The notes: generated from the sequence alone by a model not told the origin. A stretch of 64,000 bases of DNA from Candidatus Latescibacterota bacterium (GCA_963422735.1 OY730476.1:928001-992000); one strand, 5' to 3'. Shown: positions 10,245-20,376, counted from the first letter of the stretch. Program-made: numbers and translations.

Positions 10245-10729
10245 CAAACAAAGTGGGCAAGCGGGTGGCCGACTGGGAGACTTGGGTGCTGGAATCGTCC
10301 GATGATGGCCAAACTTGGACCGAGCTGCGGGCGCGGGTCGGTCAAAAACAAGCTCCTCGCGCTCGCCGACGACACGTGGCTGGCCGGGGCCTCGCTGGAA
10401 AAGGACGGGTGGGAGGTCTTTGTCGATAGCACGTGCGAACCGAGGCGCGACTTGGCAGGCCAGCGATCTCATAGTACGCGACCGCTCGCTCTTTACCGAC
10501 CACGGAGCGATCCAGCCCACGCTTTGGGAATTGGCTCCGGGGCAGGTGCATCTGCTGGCCCGCAGCTACTCAGCGGACGGGGGGCGGACTTGGGCACCGC
10601 TCTATCCGACGGATCTGCCCAACAACATAGCCCGCCTCCACGACGGCACTCTCGCCCTCGTCTGCAACCCGGTGGGGCGAACGCGCACCCCGCTCTCGAT
10701 CCTACTCTCAACGGACAACGCCGCGGCGA
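10245..10729 (+). pseudogene. BNR/Asp-box exo-sialidase-like pseudogene
   Basis: SSDDGQTW, GSVKNK, AIQPTLWE, SYSADGGRTW and RTPLSILLSTD occur in different frames with internal gaps. Confidence 0.8.
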
Positions 10730-10786
10730 GCTGGCCTACTTTTTCGCCATGTCGGCGGACAAACCAGAGCTTTTCGTCTGGTCCTA
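10730..10786 (+). repeat. 57-bp direct repeat, copy 2
   Basis: Copy of 5918-5974; it overlaps the stop codon of the convergent gene at 10784. Confidence 0.95.
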
Positions 10787-11842
10787 AGGCTGCATATCCT
10801 CGCCGCGCAGCAGGAAGGCGCGAATGTCGTAGCGGCCCGGGCGCTCTATTGGCAAATCCCCGGCCTCGATCATCACCTCCAACGGCGAGGCCATCGTCCG
10901 CAAAGGCAGTGTCGCAACCTCGTGTAGCCGCGCCGACTCGTAGGTGGCCATGATGATCTCCACCGCCGCCCGGCCGTTTTCCGCTTGGCCGCGATGCTCA
11001 ACCTTGCCTTCGATCCACTCCACAATCTCGCGCTGCTGCCCAACGCAAGGATCCTCGCCCTTGCCCGGACGCTCCTCCCAAGTGCCGGTCTTACTGTTGA
11101 GCAGCCGCACCTTGCTCTCGTCGAGTTCCATTATACCCTCCGCGCCGTAGAAGACCCCGCCTTGGTAGTTGGGACCAGCCAACTCCTGCAAAAGCTGGCC
11201 GATGGCCCGGTTGTCGAATTGCACCACGCACAGACTGCGATCCTCGATGGGGATGTCGCGCTCAAAACGCTCGGTCTTGCGCTCGATATTGCCCATCACC
11301 CATACCGCCTGTGGATCGCCCATCACATAGCGCATCATGTCCAACAGGTGCGAGCAATCGTTGAGCAGGCCCTGTCCGCCGCGTGCATTGACCTGCCGCA
11401 CCTCGCCAATGGCCCCTGCTGCCACCAGTTCCTTGGCCAAAGTCCACGCCGGATTGAAGCGGCGCTGATGGGCAATGGCCAGCTTGACGCGGTTGCGCTG
11501 GGCGGCGATGAGCATGGCATCGCAATCGCCTAGACTGGTTGCCATGGGCTTTTCGCACAGCACGGCTTTGGGCTTGCGCGCACAGGCGGCAATCGTCATT
11601 GGCGCGTGCAACTTGTGCCAAGTGCAAATCGAGACGATATCGAGTGCCTCCTCGTCGAGCATCTGGCGGAAATCCTCGTAGCGTTGAGCGATCCCATGCC
11701 GCTGGCCGAACTCTTCTCGCGCCTCAGCCGCCGGATCGGCCAGCGCCACGACCTCGACTTGATCCACTCCGCTCCAGCCTTGCACGTGGTAGTTGGCGAT
11801 GCTACCGCAGCCGATAATGCCCACTCGGTACTTTTCTGCCAT
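10784..11842 (-). CDS. Gfo/Idh/MocA-family oxidoreductase
   Basis: VGIIGCG, LCEKPMA and HQRRF motifs. Confidence 0.9.
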   Translation of the reverse strand: MAEKYRVGIIGCGSIANYHVQGWSGVDQVEVVALADPAAEAREEFGQRHGIAQRYEDFRQMLDEEALDIVSICTWHKLHAPMTIAACARKPKAVLCEKPMATSLGDCDAMLIAAQRNRVKLAIAHQRRFNPAWTLAKELVAAGAIGEVRQVNARGGQGLLNDCSHLLDMMRYVMGDPQAVWVMGNIERKTERFERDIPIEDRSLCVVQFDNRAIGQLLQELAGPNYQGGVFYGAEGIMELDESKVRLLNSKTGTWEERPGKGEDPCVGQQREIVEWIEGKVEHRGQAENGRAAVEIIMATYESARLHEVATLPLRTMASPLEVMIEAGDLPIERPGRYDIRAFLLRGEDMQP

Positions 11843-11863
11843 GTCATCTTCCTTTGTTGGAGG

Positions 11864-13756
11864 TTAGTTGATCCACCCGCCAATCGCATCCGCTCCCATC
11901 CCCTCAGCCTCGACCACGAGCTGTGCTCCCTTGCCCACCGCACGATAACATCGCCTGGCGATGCGCTGCGGGAAGTGATCCCCGGCCCCGTGTACCAACA
12001 GCCATCCCGGCGCACACAACGCCAGTGCCGTCCGCACATCGCCCAACGCGCGAATCCCCGGCGCGAAAAGTGCTCCGCTCCACGCTTGGTCGCCTCCTAA
12101 ATCGCGACCACCCCAATCCACCACTGTGCGGCCGATGCCACTAGCCAACGCCCGGGCAAACAGGCAGCAAATGCCGGCCTCGCCTTGGCCGACGAGGTGG
12201 CACTTGCCCACGCGCAGATGCTGGCCCAGATAGGCCAGACCCGTGAGGATGTCCTGCACCCGGCAAGCCAGCGTCGCCTGATTGTACGCGTGGTACAGGG
12301 GATCCGCCTCGTCGTGCCCGGCCCGCTCTGCTCCGTCGGTCGGGAAGGGAGCAACAGCTAGCACGGCCGCGCCCGCCTGCAACAGGCCCTGTACCAGCGC
12401 GCCCGGCGCATCGGCAATCAGCGTCGCCGGCACCTTGCCTTGGGGGCCTCGCGGTATAAAAAACACCGCACGCACCCGCTCCCCTCGCCCCGTGTGCCCC
12501 AAGACCAGCTCTTCAGCGACATAACCCGCCTCCCGCCGAAATCCCAAGCTCTCAACCGCGACTTGAGGCGCAGTATCCACCCCGAGCAGACTCGCCAGTG
12601 CCGGGCGCGTCTCCCGCTGGAAGCGCCGGATGCGAGCGGCTGCCAACCGAGTGGCCAACCGCTGCTCGCTGCGCGCGATCACGGCCGCAAAGACCCCTCG
12701 CGCGTCGAGCGCATGGGCCGGTTTTTTGCGCCCGTTGAACACCAGCAAATCCTCGTCTCGCTCCACGGCAAACGGCCGTTCAGAAACCCTGCCACGCCCG
12801 CCCAACAGGTGGCGCTTGAAAAACGCGTACACGGCCTCACGGCTCAGCTTGTTGTAGTTGTGCGGGGCGTCTATCTGGACCTCGCGCACCTTGTTTTGCG
12901 CTCCGTAGAGGCCGTAGATCGCGCGCACCGCCGGGAATTCGACCTCCGGCGTGTTCGCCGTCCAGTCGCCGGTACACGATACCAGCAACAAGGGCCTCGG
13001 CGCCATGCAGCTCGCGATTTCCACATTGTTGATGTCCAGCCGCAGGTGGCCCTGATTCTCGCAGCGACAGCCGCCCTGCATAAAGGCCGAGACCATGTTG
13101 ACAGGAGCCGCCGCCTTGACCCGCTCATCAACGGCCATCAGCAAAAAGGTCTGCGTCCCCCCACCAGATGCGCCCGTGCAGCCGATGCGCTCGGCATCTA
13201 CATCCGCCAGCGCTGCGAGGAAGTCAACCACCCGCCAACTGTTCCACAGTTGCAAGCTCAGCGCACCGATCCCCCACAGGGCCTCGCGCCGCCCCCCAAT
13301 CTCCCGATGCACGAGTTGGTCGCTGTCGTTGTAGCCAACCATGTCGTGCGAAAAGGCCACCATGCCCTGCCGCGCAAAGTTGATGCAGCGCCCAGCAATC
13401 GATCCCAACTCGGAGTTTTCGAGACGTCCTCGCTCCCAGTGGCCGTGCGGACAAGCAAGCGCCGGAAAAGGGCCCTCACCTAGCGGCCGGTACAGATTGC
13501 CGCAGACGAAGAAGCCGGGCAGGCTCTCGAAAAAGACCTTTTCCACCGCATAGCCCTCCCGCTCAATCCGCCCGAAAATCCGCGCCTTGAGCGGCGTCTT
13601 TGCCGGCAGCGGCCACAATCCCGCGCAGACGAGAATGTGCCGACGGATCGCCGCTGCCCGCTGCTCCCACTCCGCCAGCGTCCTATAGCGGCGCAAGGCC
13701 CACGGCGTATTAACGTTTTTGGCTGGACCCAGCCGCTCATCACTTGCAACAGCCAT
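11864..13756 (-). CDS. Acetyl xylan esterase-like tandem alpha/beta hydrolase
   Basis: VEKVFFESLPG, CPHGH, GCTGASGGGTQT nucleophile elbow, and MQGGCRCE. Confidence 0.85.
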   Translation of the reverse strand: MAVASDERLGPAKNVNTPWALRRYRTLAEWEQRAAAIRRHILVCAGLWPLPAKTPLKARIFGRIEREGYAVEKVFFESLPGFFVCGNLYRPLGEGPFPALACPHGHWERGRLENSELGSIAGRCINFARQGMVAFSHDMVGYNDSDQLVHREIGGRREALWGIGALSLQLWNSWRVVDFLAALADVDAERIGCTGASGGGTQTFLLMAVDERVKAAAPVNMVSAFMQGGCRCENQGHLRLDINNVEIASCMAPRPLLLVSCTGDWTANTPEVEFPAVRAIYGLYGAQNKVREVQIDAPHNYNKLSREAVYAFFKRHLLGGRGRVSERPFAVERDEDLLVFNGRKKPAHALDARGVFAAVIARSEQRLATRLAAARIRRFQRETRPALASLLGVDTAPQVAVESLGFRREAGYVAEELVLGHTGRGERVRAVFFIPRGPQGKVPATLIADAPGALVQGLLQAGAAVLAVAPFPTDGAERAGHDEADPLYHAYNQATLACRVQDILTGLAYLGQHLRVGKCHLVGQGEAGICCLFARALASGIGRTVVDWGGRDLGGDQAWSGALFAPGIRALGDVRTALALCAPGWLLVHGAGDHFPQRIARRCYRAVGKGAQLVVEAEGMGADAIGGWIN

Positions 13757-13877
13757 ACTATCTCCTCCTGTTAGCGCGGCTAGGGCAGCACTTGTTATAG
13801 ATCAAGCCGCGGGGGCTGTCGCGCCGTTTAGCCGCCGCAGAAAAGGAAGGTTTTCGTTTGGCGTACCAGACCGCGTC

Positions 13878-14125
13878 TCACGCCTTAACTGCACCCGACA
13901 TCAAACCGGCCGTCAATCGCTTTCTCACCAGCAGGAACAGCAAGAGGGTGGGTACCGTCGCCACCACTGCGGTGGCCATCAAATAATTCCACTCCACCAC
14001 GTTGTTTTTTCTCAAGCGTAGAGCACCATAGTAATCGGCTGCATGGTCTGTTTGGAAACTAGCACTAGCGCAAAGATGAATTCGTTCCAAGCACTGACAA
14101 AGGTGAAAATGGTGTAGCCCCCGGT
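13878..14125 (-). pseudogene. Carbohydrate ABC permease C-terminal remnant
   Basis: FTFVSAWNEFIFAL, then a frameshift to WNYLMATAVVATVP...GLMSGAVKA. Confidence 0.85.
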
Positions 14126-14199
14126 CGAGCCGCTACGTCCTGATACTAGCGTCGTCGATGTGCATGACAATATCGTAGAACCCCATCCTCGCGGGTTTC

Positions 14200-15015
14200 C
14201 ACGCATGAGACCAGAGCGTCCAAGTGTCGTTGGTCTCCTGCACGTAGAGCATGTTGACCGGAACTGGATCTTGGTCTCGGCCGAACCGAATCATCAATTT
14301 GTCGGTCGGCCGCTCGCCCCCCCATCAGACCGACCACCCGGTAAACGATCCGATCGGAGAAGCACCATTTTTCAACGCGGATGGGCAGTGCCGCCGGGTC
14401 GAAGTCCTAGCGATCTTGGGGTCCCCTGCTGGTTGATGCGGCCGGCAAATTCCAGCATCCGACTCGTCGCCTTTTCGCCGTCGTCCACCAACGGATCTCA
14501 TTGACCCATTTGATGTCCACGCAGCTAAACCACCGAGGCACGACTAGCGCGCACTGGGAAACCGCGATCGCGCGGCAGCGGTTCGCCGTTCATCTCGATG
14601 GCCAAAAAGGCTCCGTATTTCTCAAGGTCCGCAAAGGTAAAAATCCAACTCGCTCCCGGAATCGAAGAGTGCGGCTTGACTGAGTACTCGTCAAAGCCCG
14701 AATCAGGACGCGGGTCGCCTCGGCTTTGATGCTCAGCCGCTTTAGCACCCCGGTTAGGGGAACGCCCGACCACTAGGCCGCGCTCATAAGCCCAAAGGGT
14801 CGGCGTTGATTGCCGGCGCACTCCAGCAGCACGGTGCCCATGGGGTTAACCCGGGGCTTTAACTCGTCTAGCTCGATTGCCACTGGTCGCTCGACCAGTC
14901 CGCGCACTGCGATCTTCCACGGCTGGGCAAAATCGATCCGATCGGAACAGCGCGTATGCACAAAGAAGTGCTCATTGGGGATGATCAAGGTAGCGGACGT
15001 GAGCGCGGTCAGAAA
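14200..15015 (-). pseudogene. Molybdopterin-dependent sulfite-oxidase-family pseudogene
   Basis: PNEHFFV, LLECAGN, an in-frame TAG, then MNGEPLPRDRGFPVR and a frameshift to IKWVNEI. Confidence 0.8.
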
Positions 15016-15077
15016 TGAAGAGCACTTTTTGGGGATTTCTCCGCCTTGCAAAATGTCCTTTTGGCGATCATCCGCGC

Positions 15078-15773
15078 CTAGCATCCCCCATTATCGTCGG
15101 CGTGCAGCTTTTCTAGCACCTGCCGCTGTTGGTACTGGCGGCTTTCGGCCGAGTCGAAAACCTCGCGGATGAACTGGCCCCGGCTTTTGCCACTGGCCAG
15201 TTCGGCCAAGCGGTTTTGCAAGTCGTCGTGTGAGGGGTCGCGGTCGAGCGCTGCACGGTAAACCCCACGCACGAAATCCGCCTCGGCCGCTTCGTCGAGC
15301 AAGTCTTGGGCCTCGTAGGCAAAGGCTTTGAGGGTATGCGCTAAGGAAGCAGCTAACCAAGCCTTGTGCTCTCCAAGCGGACCCAACGTGGAGTATAACT
15401 CGGCGCACAGTTCCGAGTTGCCAGCCACCTGCTGAGCTTCCTCCACAGACTTGCCTGCGGACCAAGCTTGCAGGGTTTGCATATAGGTCTTGGCCCGGCC
15501 CCGGCGCTGGTCGTCTATTTCCCAAGCCCGGGTGAGCACATCGACAGCTGGCCGGCCGGGGTAAGTGCCGTCGCCAATGGCGCGGATGAGTAGATCGAGG
15601 TTGTCAAAGGCTCGGTAGTGGGTCAGCGAGTCAAATCGAGATATCAAGGCGCGGATGTGGCGCACCGCGTCGGGCAACTCCTCCAGCCGAGCGATCTGAG
15701 CGTCGATGCGCTGCATGGCCTCGTCGGGTTCGCCGTCGTGGTGCAGAATATTGCGCCAGTGGGAAGGGGGCAT
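15078..15773 (-). CDS. Hypothetical protein with a C-terminal DUF4214-like domain
   Basis: FVRGVYRAALDRDP...SRGQFIREVFDSAES; RBS AAAGGAG before the ATG at 15773. Confidence 0.7.
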   Translation of the reverse strand: MPPSHWRNILHHDGEPDEAMQRIDAQIARLEELPDAVRHIRALISRFDSLTHYRAFDNLDLLIRAIGDGTYPGRPAVDVLTRAWEIDDQRRGRAKTYMQTLQAWSAGKSVEEAQQVAGNSELCAELYSTLGPLGEHKAWLAASLAHTLKAFAYEAQDLLDEAAEADFVRGVYRAALDRDPSHDDLQNRLAELASGKSRGQFIREVFDSAESRQYQQRQVLEKLHADDNGGC

Positions 15774-15812
15774 CTGGTCTCCTTTCGAGTTAGGCATTGA
15801 GCCGATTGTGGG

Positions 15813-16853
15813 TTATGCGCGGAACAAATGGCCCTCGATGGGCAGGCTCACTTCCACGCCCGAGGTGGCCGCCTGCAGGCCGGCTTCCATAATCTCCTGG
15901 GCGTGGCGCGATTGGGTGGCGTTGGTCGTGCCTTGGGGCGGCTGGCCCGAGCGGATGCAGTGGAGGAAGTGCGTGGCGGCATTGCGCTGGGAGGCGGGTA
16001 ATTCGTCGAGGTCCGCCTCCCTTCCCTCTCGATTCTGACGGGTGTACACAGTTACCTGATTTCCCACCACTAAAGTGCCTTCCGTGCCGTAGAGCACCAC
16101 GTCGTGGGGTGGCACGTGGGGCACGGCTTCGGTCCAGGTCATTTCCAAGCGGCACAGGGCCTGGGGGTAGCGCAGCACCACGATGCCGTTGTCGTCAACT
16201 GGCAGGTGGGTCTTGAGCAAGCGGCCGACCATGGCCACGACGCTGTGCGGTCGGCCCAAAAAGTGGACGCACAGGCTGGCGCCGTACCCGCTGTAGTCGT
16301 TGAAGGCACCGGCCCCGTTGAGCTGGGAATCGAAGAGGAAGCCGCAGAATTCGTCGGAGCAGCCCAATTCGTCGGGGCCGCAGTGGCCGCCGCGCCAAGT
16401 GAGCTGCCACACTTGCCCGATGGCCCCTTCCCGCACTAGGCGGTGGGCCGTGTGGACCGGCCGCGACCAAGCCGTGGGCCAGTTGACCATCAGACATATC
16501 TGGTGGCGCTGGGCTGCGGTCAACATGCGGTCGGCCTGTTCGAGGGTGGCGGCCATGGGTTTTTCGGCCATCGCGTGAATGCCCCGGGCCGCACACAGTT
16601 CGACAATGGGGGCGTGGTGCGCGGTGGCCGAAAAGACGAAGACCGCGTCGGGGGTCTGCGCGTCGAGCAGGGCTTCGTACTCGCCGTACACTTGGTCGCA
16701 GCCGGTGCGCTGGCGGAAGCGGTCCTGGAGCGCGGGGTCGGGGTCGGCACCCCCCACGAGGAGGGCCTCCTCCTGATCGGCTAGTTCCTTGAGGTTGCCC
16801 CATAAGTGGTCGTGGGCCATGCCCAGCACGGCGACTTTGATCGGGTCAGTCAT
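15813..16853 (-). CDS. Gfo/Idh/MocA-family oxidoreductase
   Basis: IKVAVLG, MAEKPMA and GAGAFND motifs; start moved to MTDPIK. Confidence 0.9.
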   Translation of the reverse strand: MTDPIKVAVLGMAHDHLWGNLKELADQEEALLVGGADPDPALQDRFRQRTGCDQVYGEYEALLDAQTPDAVFVFSATAHHAPIVELCAARGIHAMAEKPMAATLEQADRMLTAAQRHQICLMVNWPTAWSRPVHTAHRLVREGAIGQVWQLTWRGGHCGPDELGCSDEFCGFLFDSQLNGAGAFNDYSGYGASLCVHFLGRPHSVVAMVGRLLKTHLPVDDNGIVVLRYPQALCRLEMTWTEAVPHVPPHDVVLYGTEGTLVVGNQVTVYTRQNREGREADLDELPASQRNAATHFLHCIRSGQPPQGTTNATQSRHAQEIMEAGLQAATSGVEVSLPIEGHLFRA

Positions 16854-17060
16854 GGATAACAAGCTCCTGAGTATAGTTAATGATGAGGTGTGCGGTATGG
16901 GGACGCCAACTGCTCTGGTCAATCTATACCCTTGGGGACGGCGAGGGCAAGCACCTTGAAAGAGAAAGGGCTGCCTGCTATAATACCCTTGCGCGGAGGG
17001 TGCGTGGCTTGAAGGAGACATGGTCGCCGTCATTTGCGAAACAGAAGGAAAGGATGAGAT

Positions 17061-17235
17061 ATGAAAATCGCTTTGGCACTCGGACCAGACGCCAGCGCCG
17101 CATCGGCCTTCGGTGCCCAATTCGGCGTCGAACATGCCGTCGGCACCTGAGGGCTTCGTCGATATGCACTCGATGGAGTGTCTCTACGCCATTGGATACA
17201 TGAGAGGCCTGATCGAAGCGGTGTACAGCCAATGA
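17061..17235 (+). pseudogene. Collapsed mannonate dehydratase (UxuA-like) gene
   Basis: RBS plus MKIALALG...AQFGVEHAV, then EGFVDM, then LYAIGYMRGLIEAVYSQ*. The last two pieces match DEGDVDM and AYATGFIRAMIQAVYR of the intact homologue at 52340. Confidence 0.7.
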
Positions 17236-17296
17236 CTGCGGAGCTGCTCGCCCGCCGGTCGCAGATCCCCGGCTGCGATGCCTTTTCTCAGGAGAA

Positions 17297-18046
17297 GTGC
17301 TTGTGAAAGTGGCCATCATGGGTGCCGCCGGGTGGGTCGGCCGGGCCGTATTGAAAAACTTCGCCGGTCGCCACCAAGTGCGCGCCTTCGATTACAGCCC
17401 CGAAGCTTGGGCCGTGTACCACCGATTCGACGGCGACTGGGAGGGAGAAAAGCGCTACGGGGACATCGCCGACTTCCACGCCGTCCACAGCATGCTCGCA
17501 GGTATGGACGGCGTCGTCCATCTGGCCGCCTACTTCGGCTACGAGGACCCGCCCGAGGACAATGCGAACCCCTTTCTCATCAACCTCAAGGGAATGTGGA
17601 ATGTCTTGGAGTCGGCCCGGCGTCACCAGCTCAAACGAGTGGTACACATGAGTTCCTGCGTCGTACAACATCCAGATGGCGTTTTCCTATCGTCGGAAGT
17701 GCGCAGCAAGGAAGGCGACCTGTACGGCATCTCAAAGCGCCTGCAGGAGGAAATGTGCCGCCAGTTCCACGACGCCTACGGTCTGCGGATCATCGTTTTC
17801 CGGCCCTGTAGCATTGGCGACAGCAGGCTCGGGATCAGCCGAGATGGTGCTCCCGCCCGCGGCGGTATTAGCTGGGTCTGCCGGCACGATCTGGCGGAGG
17901 CCTGCCACTTGGCACTCACATCCGCGACCCTTGATTTCGACATTATGCACACGGCTAGTCACCCGGACGCAGACCAGTACTGCAATGTGGCCCGGTCTCG
18001 GGAGCTACTCGGTCTGGAGTACCAAGGGCACTTTTCCGGCGACTGA
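17297..18046 (+). CDS. NAD-dependent epimerase/dehydratase (uronate dehydrogenase-like)
   Basis: GAAGWVG, VVHLAA and YGISK (YxxxK) motifs. Confidence 0.88.
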   Translation: MLVKVAIMGAAGWVGRAVLKNFAGRHQVRAFDYSPEAWAVYHRFDGDWEGEKRYGDIADFHAVHSMLAGMDGVVHLAAYFGYEDPPEDNANPFLINLKGMWNVLESARRHQLKRVVHMSSCVVQHPDGVFLSSEVRSKEGDLYGISKRLQEEMCRQFHDAYGLRIIVFRPCSIGDSRLGISRDGAPARGGISWVCRHDLAEACHLALTSATLDFDIMHTASHPDADQYCNVARSRELLGLEYQGHFSGD

Positions 18047-18149
18047 TAGCGGAAGACAACAGTCGCAAACTATCCGACCCCGCTCACCCAGCAATCCAAA
18101 AATCCCTCTTCGCCTAGTCCCCACCCCTCGCCCGGATCCCGGATCGAGG

Positions 18150-18700
18150 ATCCCCAATTGGCGGTCGGAACTCATCCAGACCTGATAGTCATTGGCCAGC
18201 ACCAGCCGGAATTCCACTGAGACCATCTCCGACTTGTCGGCCGCAGCCCGGTTGACAAACGACGCACGGTCAAAGTCGTAGAGCAGGCTGATTTGCTCGT
18301 CGCCGTCCGCGCTGAGAAAACCCCGCCGCTCCAACCCACTTTCAATCACCGGACCAAAGCGGATGTCCCTACCCTGCTCCACGGTGCCATCGCGATAGGT
18401 AATGATCACGTCCGAGGCGTCCAGAAAAAAGGCCGCACCGCCGCTTTCGTCCTCCGGCGAGTCGTCCCGCAATAGAATCTCGATCTGCTCGATTGTCTAG
18501 TTCTGTTCGTTGGTCAGGGATGCCTTGTGCAAAGTCTCCACGAGTTCGTCCGTCACACTAGTGGTCTGGTGGGCACTGACCGCATGCAAACTCACCTCGA
18601 CGAAATCGCCCGCTTGCGCCACAAAACGACCTCCCGCCAAAGACGTGGCTTCCGTCCCCTGCTGCACCCAGCCGATTACCGTACTCGACCTGAGCGGCGC
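18150..18700 (-). pseudogene. Internal fragment of a large hypothetical protein
   Basis: Coding-like frame GGRFVAQAGDFVEV...NEQN*TIEQIEILLRDDSPED...LVLANDYQV with an internal stop and no proper start or end. Confidence 0.5.
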
Positions 18701-18877
18701 TGTCGCCAACGACCGCAAGGCCGAGCAAGAGGAAGCCCGTGCGATGATTGGTCGCGTTAGCGCGATAATTCGACGCACTGGTGCGATATATCCGCGCACT
18801 TTTAGAGCATCAAGAGAGCATAGCAAAAGGCCTGAGAGATGGGTGAGAAAACGTAGCTTACTTTATAACGTATTGTT

Positions 18878-18890
18878 TATCAGGTGTTTG
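18878..18890 (+). promoter_or_regulatory. IHF-like binding site
   Basis: TATCAGGTGTTTG fits WATCARN4TTR and lies in an AT-rich tract just upstream of a sigma54 motif. Confidence 0.5.
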
Positions 18891-18942
18891 GGATTTATAA
18901 AATCGAAGAACTCGGCGCGATCGTCGCCGGTTGGCCGCACAT

Positions 18943-18958
18943 TGGCACGGTGATTGCA
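18943..18958 (+). promoter_or_regulatory. Sigma54 (-24/-12) promoter
   Basis: TGGCACGGTGATTGCA is a consensus match with GG-N10-GC spacing. Confidence 0.8.
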
Positions 18959-19086
18959 TACTACAGAAGCGACATGCCGCACTCGTCCGTAGTGCTAGAA
19001 AGGAGGTAACGCTTATTAAGTATGTCGTCTCAACTGGTCTAGGGCTTAACGGCCTTAGCGGTCATTGCTTCACCTCGGAGCTCGCC

Positions 19087-19293
19087 ATGAAGACGCACAT
19101 CATCCGAACGGCCATTGGCCTCACGGCCTTGGTCGCCAGTTTCCTGCCGCAGAAGGCACAAGCGGACTCCTGCGAGGTTAGCTGTGGGGGGTTTTTGGGG
19201 TTTAAGGCCAAGAAATGCAAGGCGGAGAGCGATACTAAGTCCGTCAGGTGCTACTGCGACGACGATAACAAGCCGGTGTGCCAAACCGGCTAA
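19087..19293 (+). CDS. Secreted 6-Cys defensin-like peptide (68 aa)
   Basis: GGAG RBS; signal peptide ending AQA; 42-aa mature part with C-x3-C-x10-C-x10-C-x-C-x7-C. Confidence 0.75.
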   Translation: MKTHIIRTAIGLTALVASFLPQKAQADSCEVSCGGFLGFKAKKCKAESDTKSVRCYCDDDNKPVCQTG

Positions 19294-19424
19294 TGCACAA
19301 ATGTTATTTCTCACCCGGGGAGGGTGCCCTAATCGCTGTTATCCTGAACCCGGCAGGCGGGGAGTGGTTCAACCGACCACTCCCCGCTGTCGAGACAACA
19401 GACCCGAGAATAAGGAGAAACATA

Positions 19425-20261
19425 ATGAAAAAGTTGGCCTTTCACGCCCTGTACTTCCTAGTCGCCGCTTGGTTCGGCGTCTCCAGTGCCGCCGAACCCA
19501 AAAGCCAGTACGGTGGCTTTTCGTCTGACCCCGACAGCCTCCAGCCCTTCTACAACTATATCCATGGTCAGGAGATGATGAAGGTCGAAGCTGGTGCCGA
19601 GTTGCGACGTGCCATAGAGGCGATCCCCGTTGATTTGGGAACGGCCATTGATCTGGAGCAAGAAGCCGGACTGCGCAACTGGCTCTACGACTTGCTAGTC
19701 GCCTTTTCAGCGTCGGGCAACGACAGTCTCGCCGCTGCGTTTTATCTGCGCGAGGGTTTCAATAATCCCGACCTAGCAGCTCAGATGAAAAAGGAGGCCG
19801 AGCGTAGAGGGATCCTAATAGGCGATACCGGTACGCCCTTTGTCCTCTGCAAAAGGCTGCACAGGGAAGTCGCGCTCAATTTTTTGGCGGAGCGCGACTA
19901 TTTTTTTGCAAACGTGTCTTTTTTTGATAGCGTGTTCAAAGTGTTCGAGATGCAGGGGGAGTACAATAGCTACGAGTCCTACCTTGAGACCCACGGCATG
20001 ATTCCTAGGGGTATAGACTTCTTCAACCTCATCAAAATGCGGGAAGAAGTTGAGGAACGATTGCAAGAGGGCACACAATTAGTCTTTGTCGATGTCATGT
20101 TCATCGTTGAAGAGCCTGAGCAGTTCTCTACGTTTGAGGTGCCGGGGCGCACTCCGTCCTTTTTTCGACTAGCCTGGGATTCAGAAGAGGCTATTTGGCG
20201 CCATGTAGAGATTTATTTTAGCCAAGGTGTGCCGCAAGATTTTTTATTCAACATCATGTAG
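19425..20261 (+). CDS. Secreted hypothetical protein (278 aa)
   Basis: TAAGGAG RBS; signal peptide MKKLAFHALYFLVAAWFGVSSA; paralogous to the gene at 20377. Confidence 0.8.
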   Translation: MKKLAFHALYFLVAAWFGVSSAAEPKSQYGGFSSDPDSLQPFYNYIHGQEMMKVEAGAELRRAIEAIPVDLGTAIDLEQEAGLRNWLYDLLVAFSASGNDSLAAAFYLREGFNNPDLAAQMKKEAERRGILIGDTGTPFVLCKRLHREVALNFLAERDYFFANVSFFDSVFKVFEMQGEYNSYESYLETHGMIPRGIDFFNLIKMREEVEERLQEGTQLVFVDVMFIVEEPEQFSTFEVPGRTPSFFRLAWDSEEAIWRHVEIYFSQGVPQDFLFNIM

Positions 20262-20311
20262 TCTCCTCAATGCACAACGAGGTACGCGCTTATCGCCCGC
20301 TGGCTACTCAT

Positions 20312-20327
20312 TGGCACGATGATCGCG
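20312..20327 (+). promoter_or_regulatory. Second sigma54-like promoter
   Basis: TGGCACGATGATCGCG has GG-N10-GC spacing and shares CATTGGCACG with the site at 18940. Confidence 0.6.
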
Positions 20328-20376
20328 ATAGTTCTCACAAAAACAACAACCCACACTCTTCCATAAGGAGGATACC

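Noticed and set aside
12440-13483. Long antisense or alternate-frame ORFs (this one and many others in the track)
   Set aside because: These are expected shadows of high-GC coding sequence and carry no motifs.
14773-14775. In-frame TAG in the sulfite-oxidase-like gene as pyrrolysine or recoding
   Set aside because: The gene has additional frameshifts and a missing start, so simple decay explains it.
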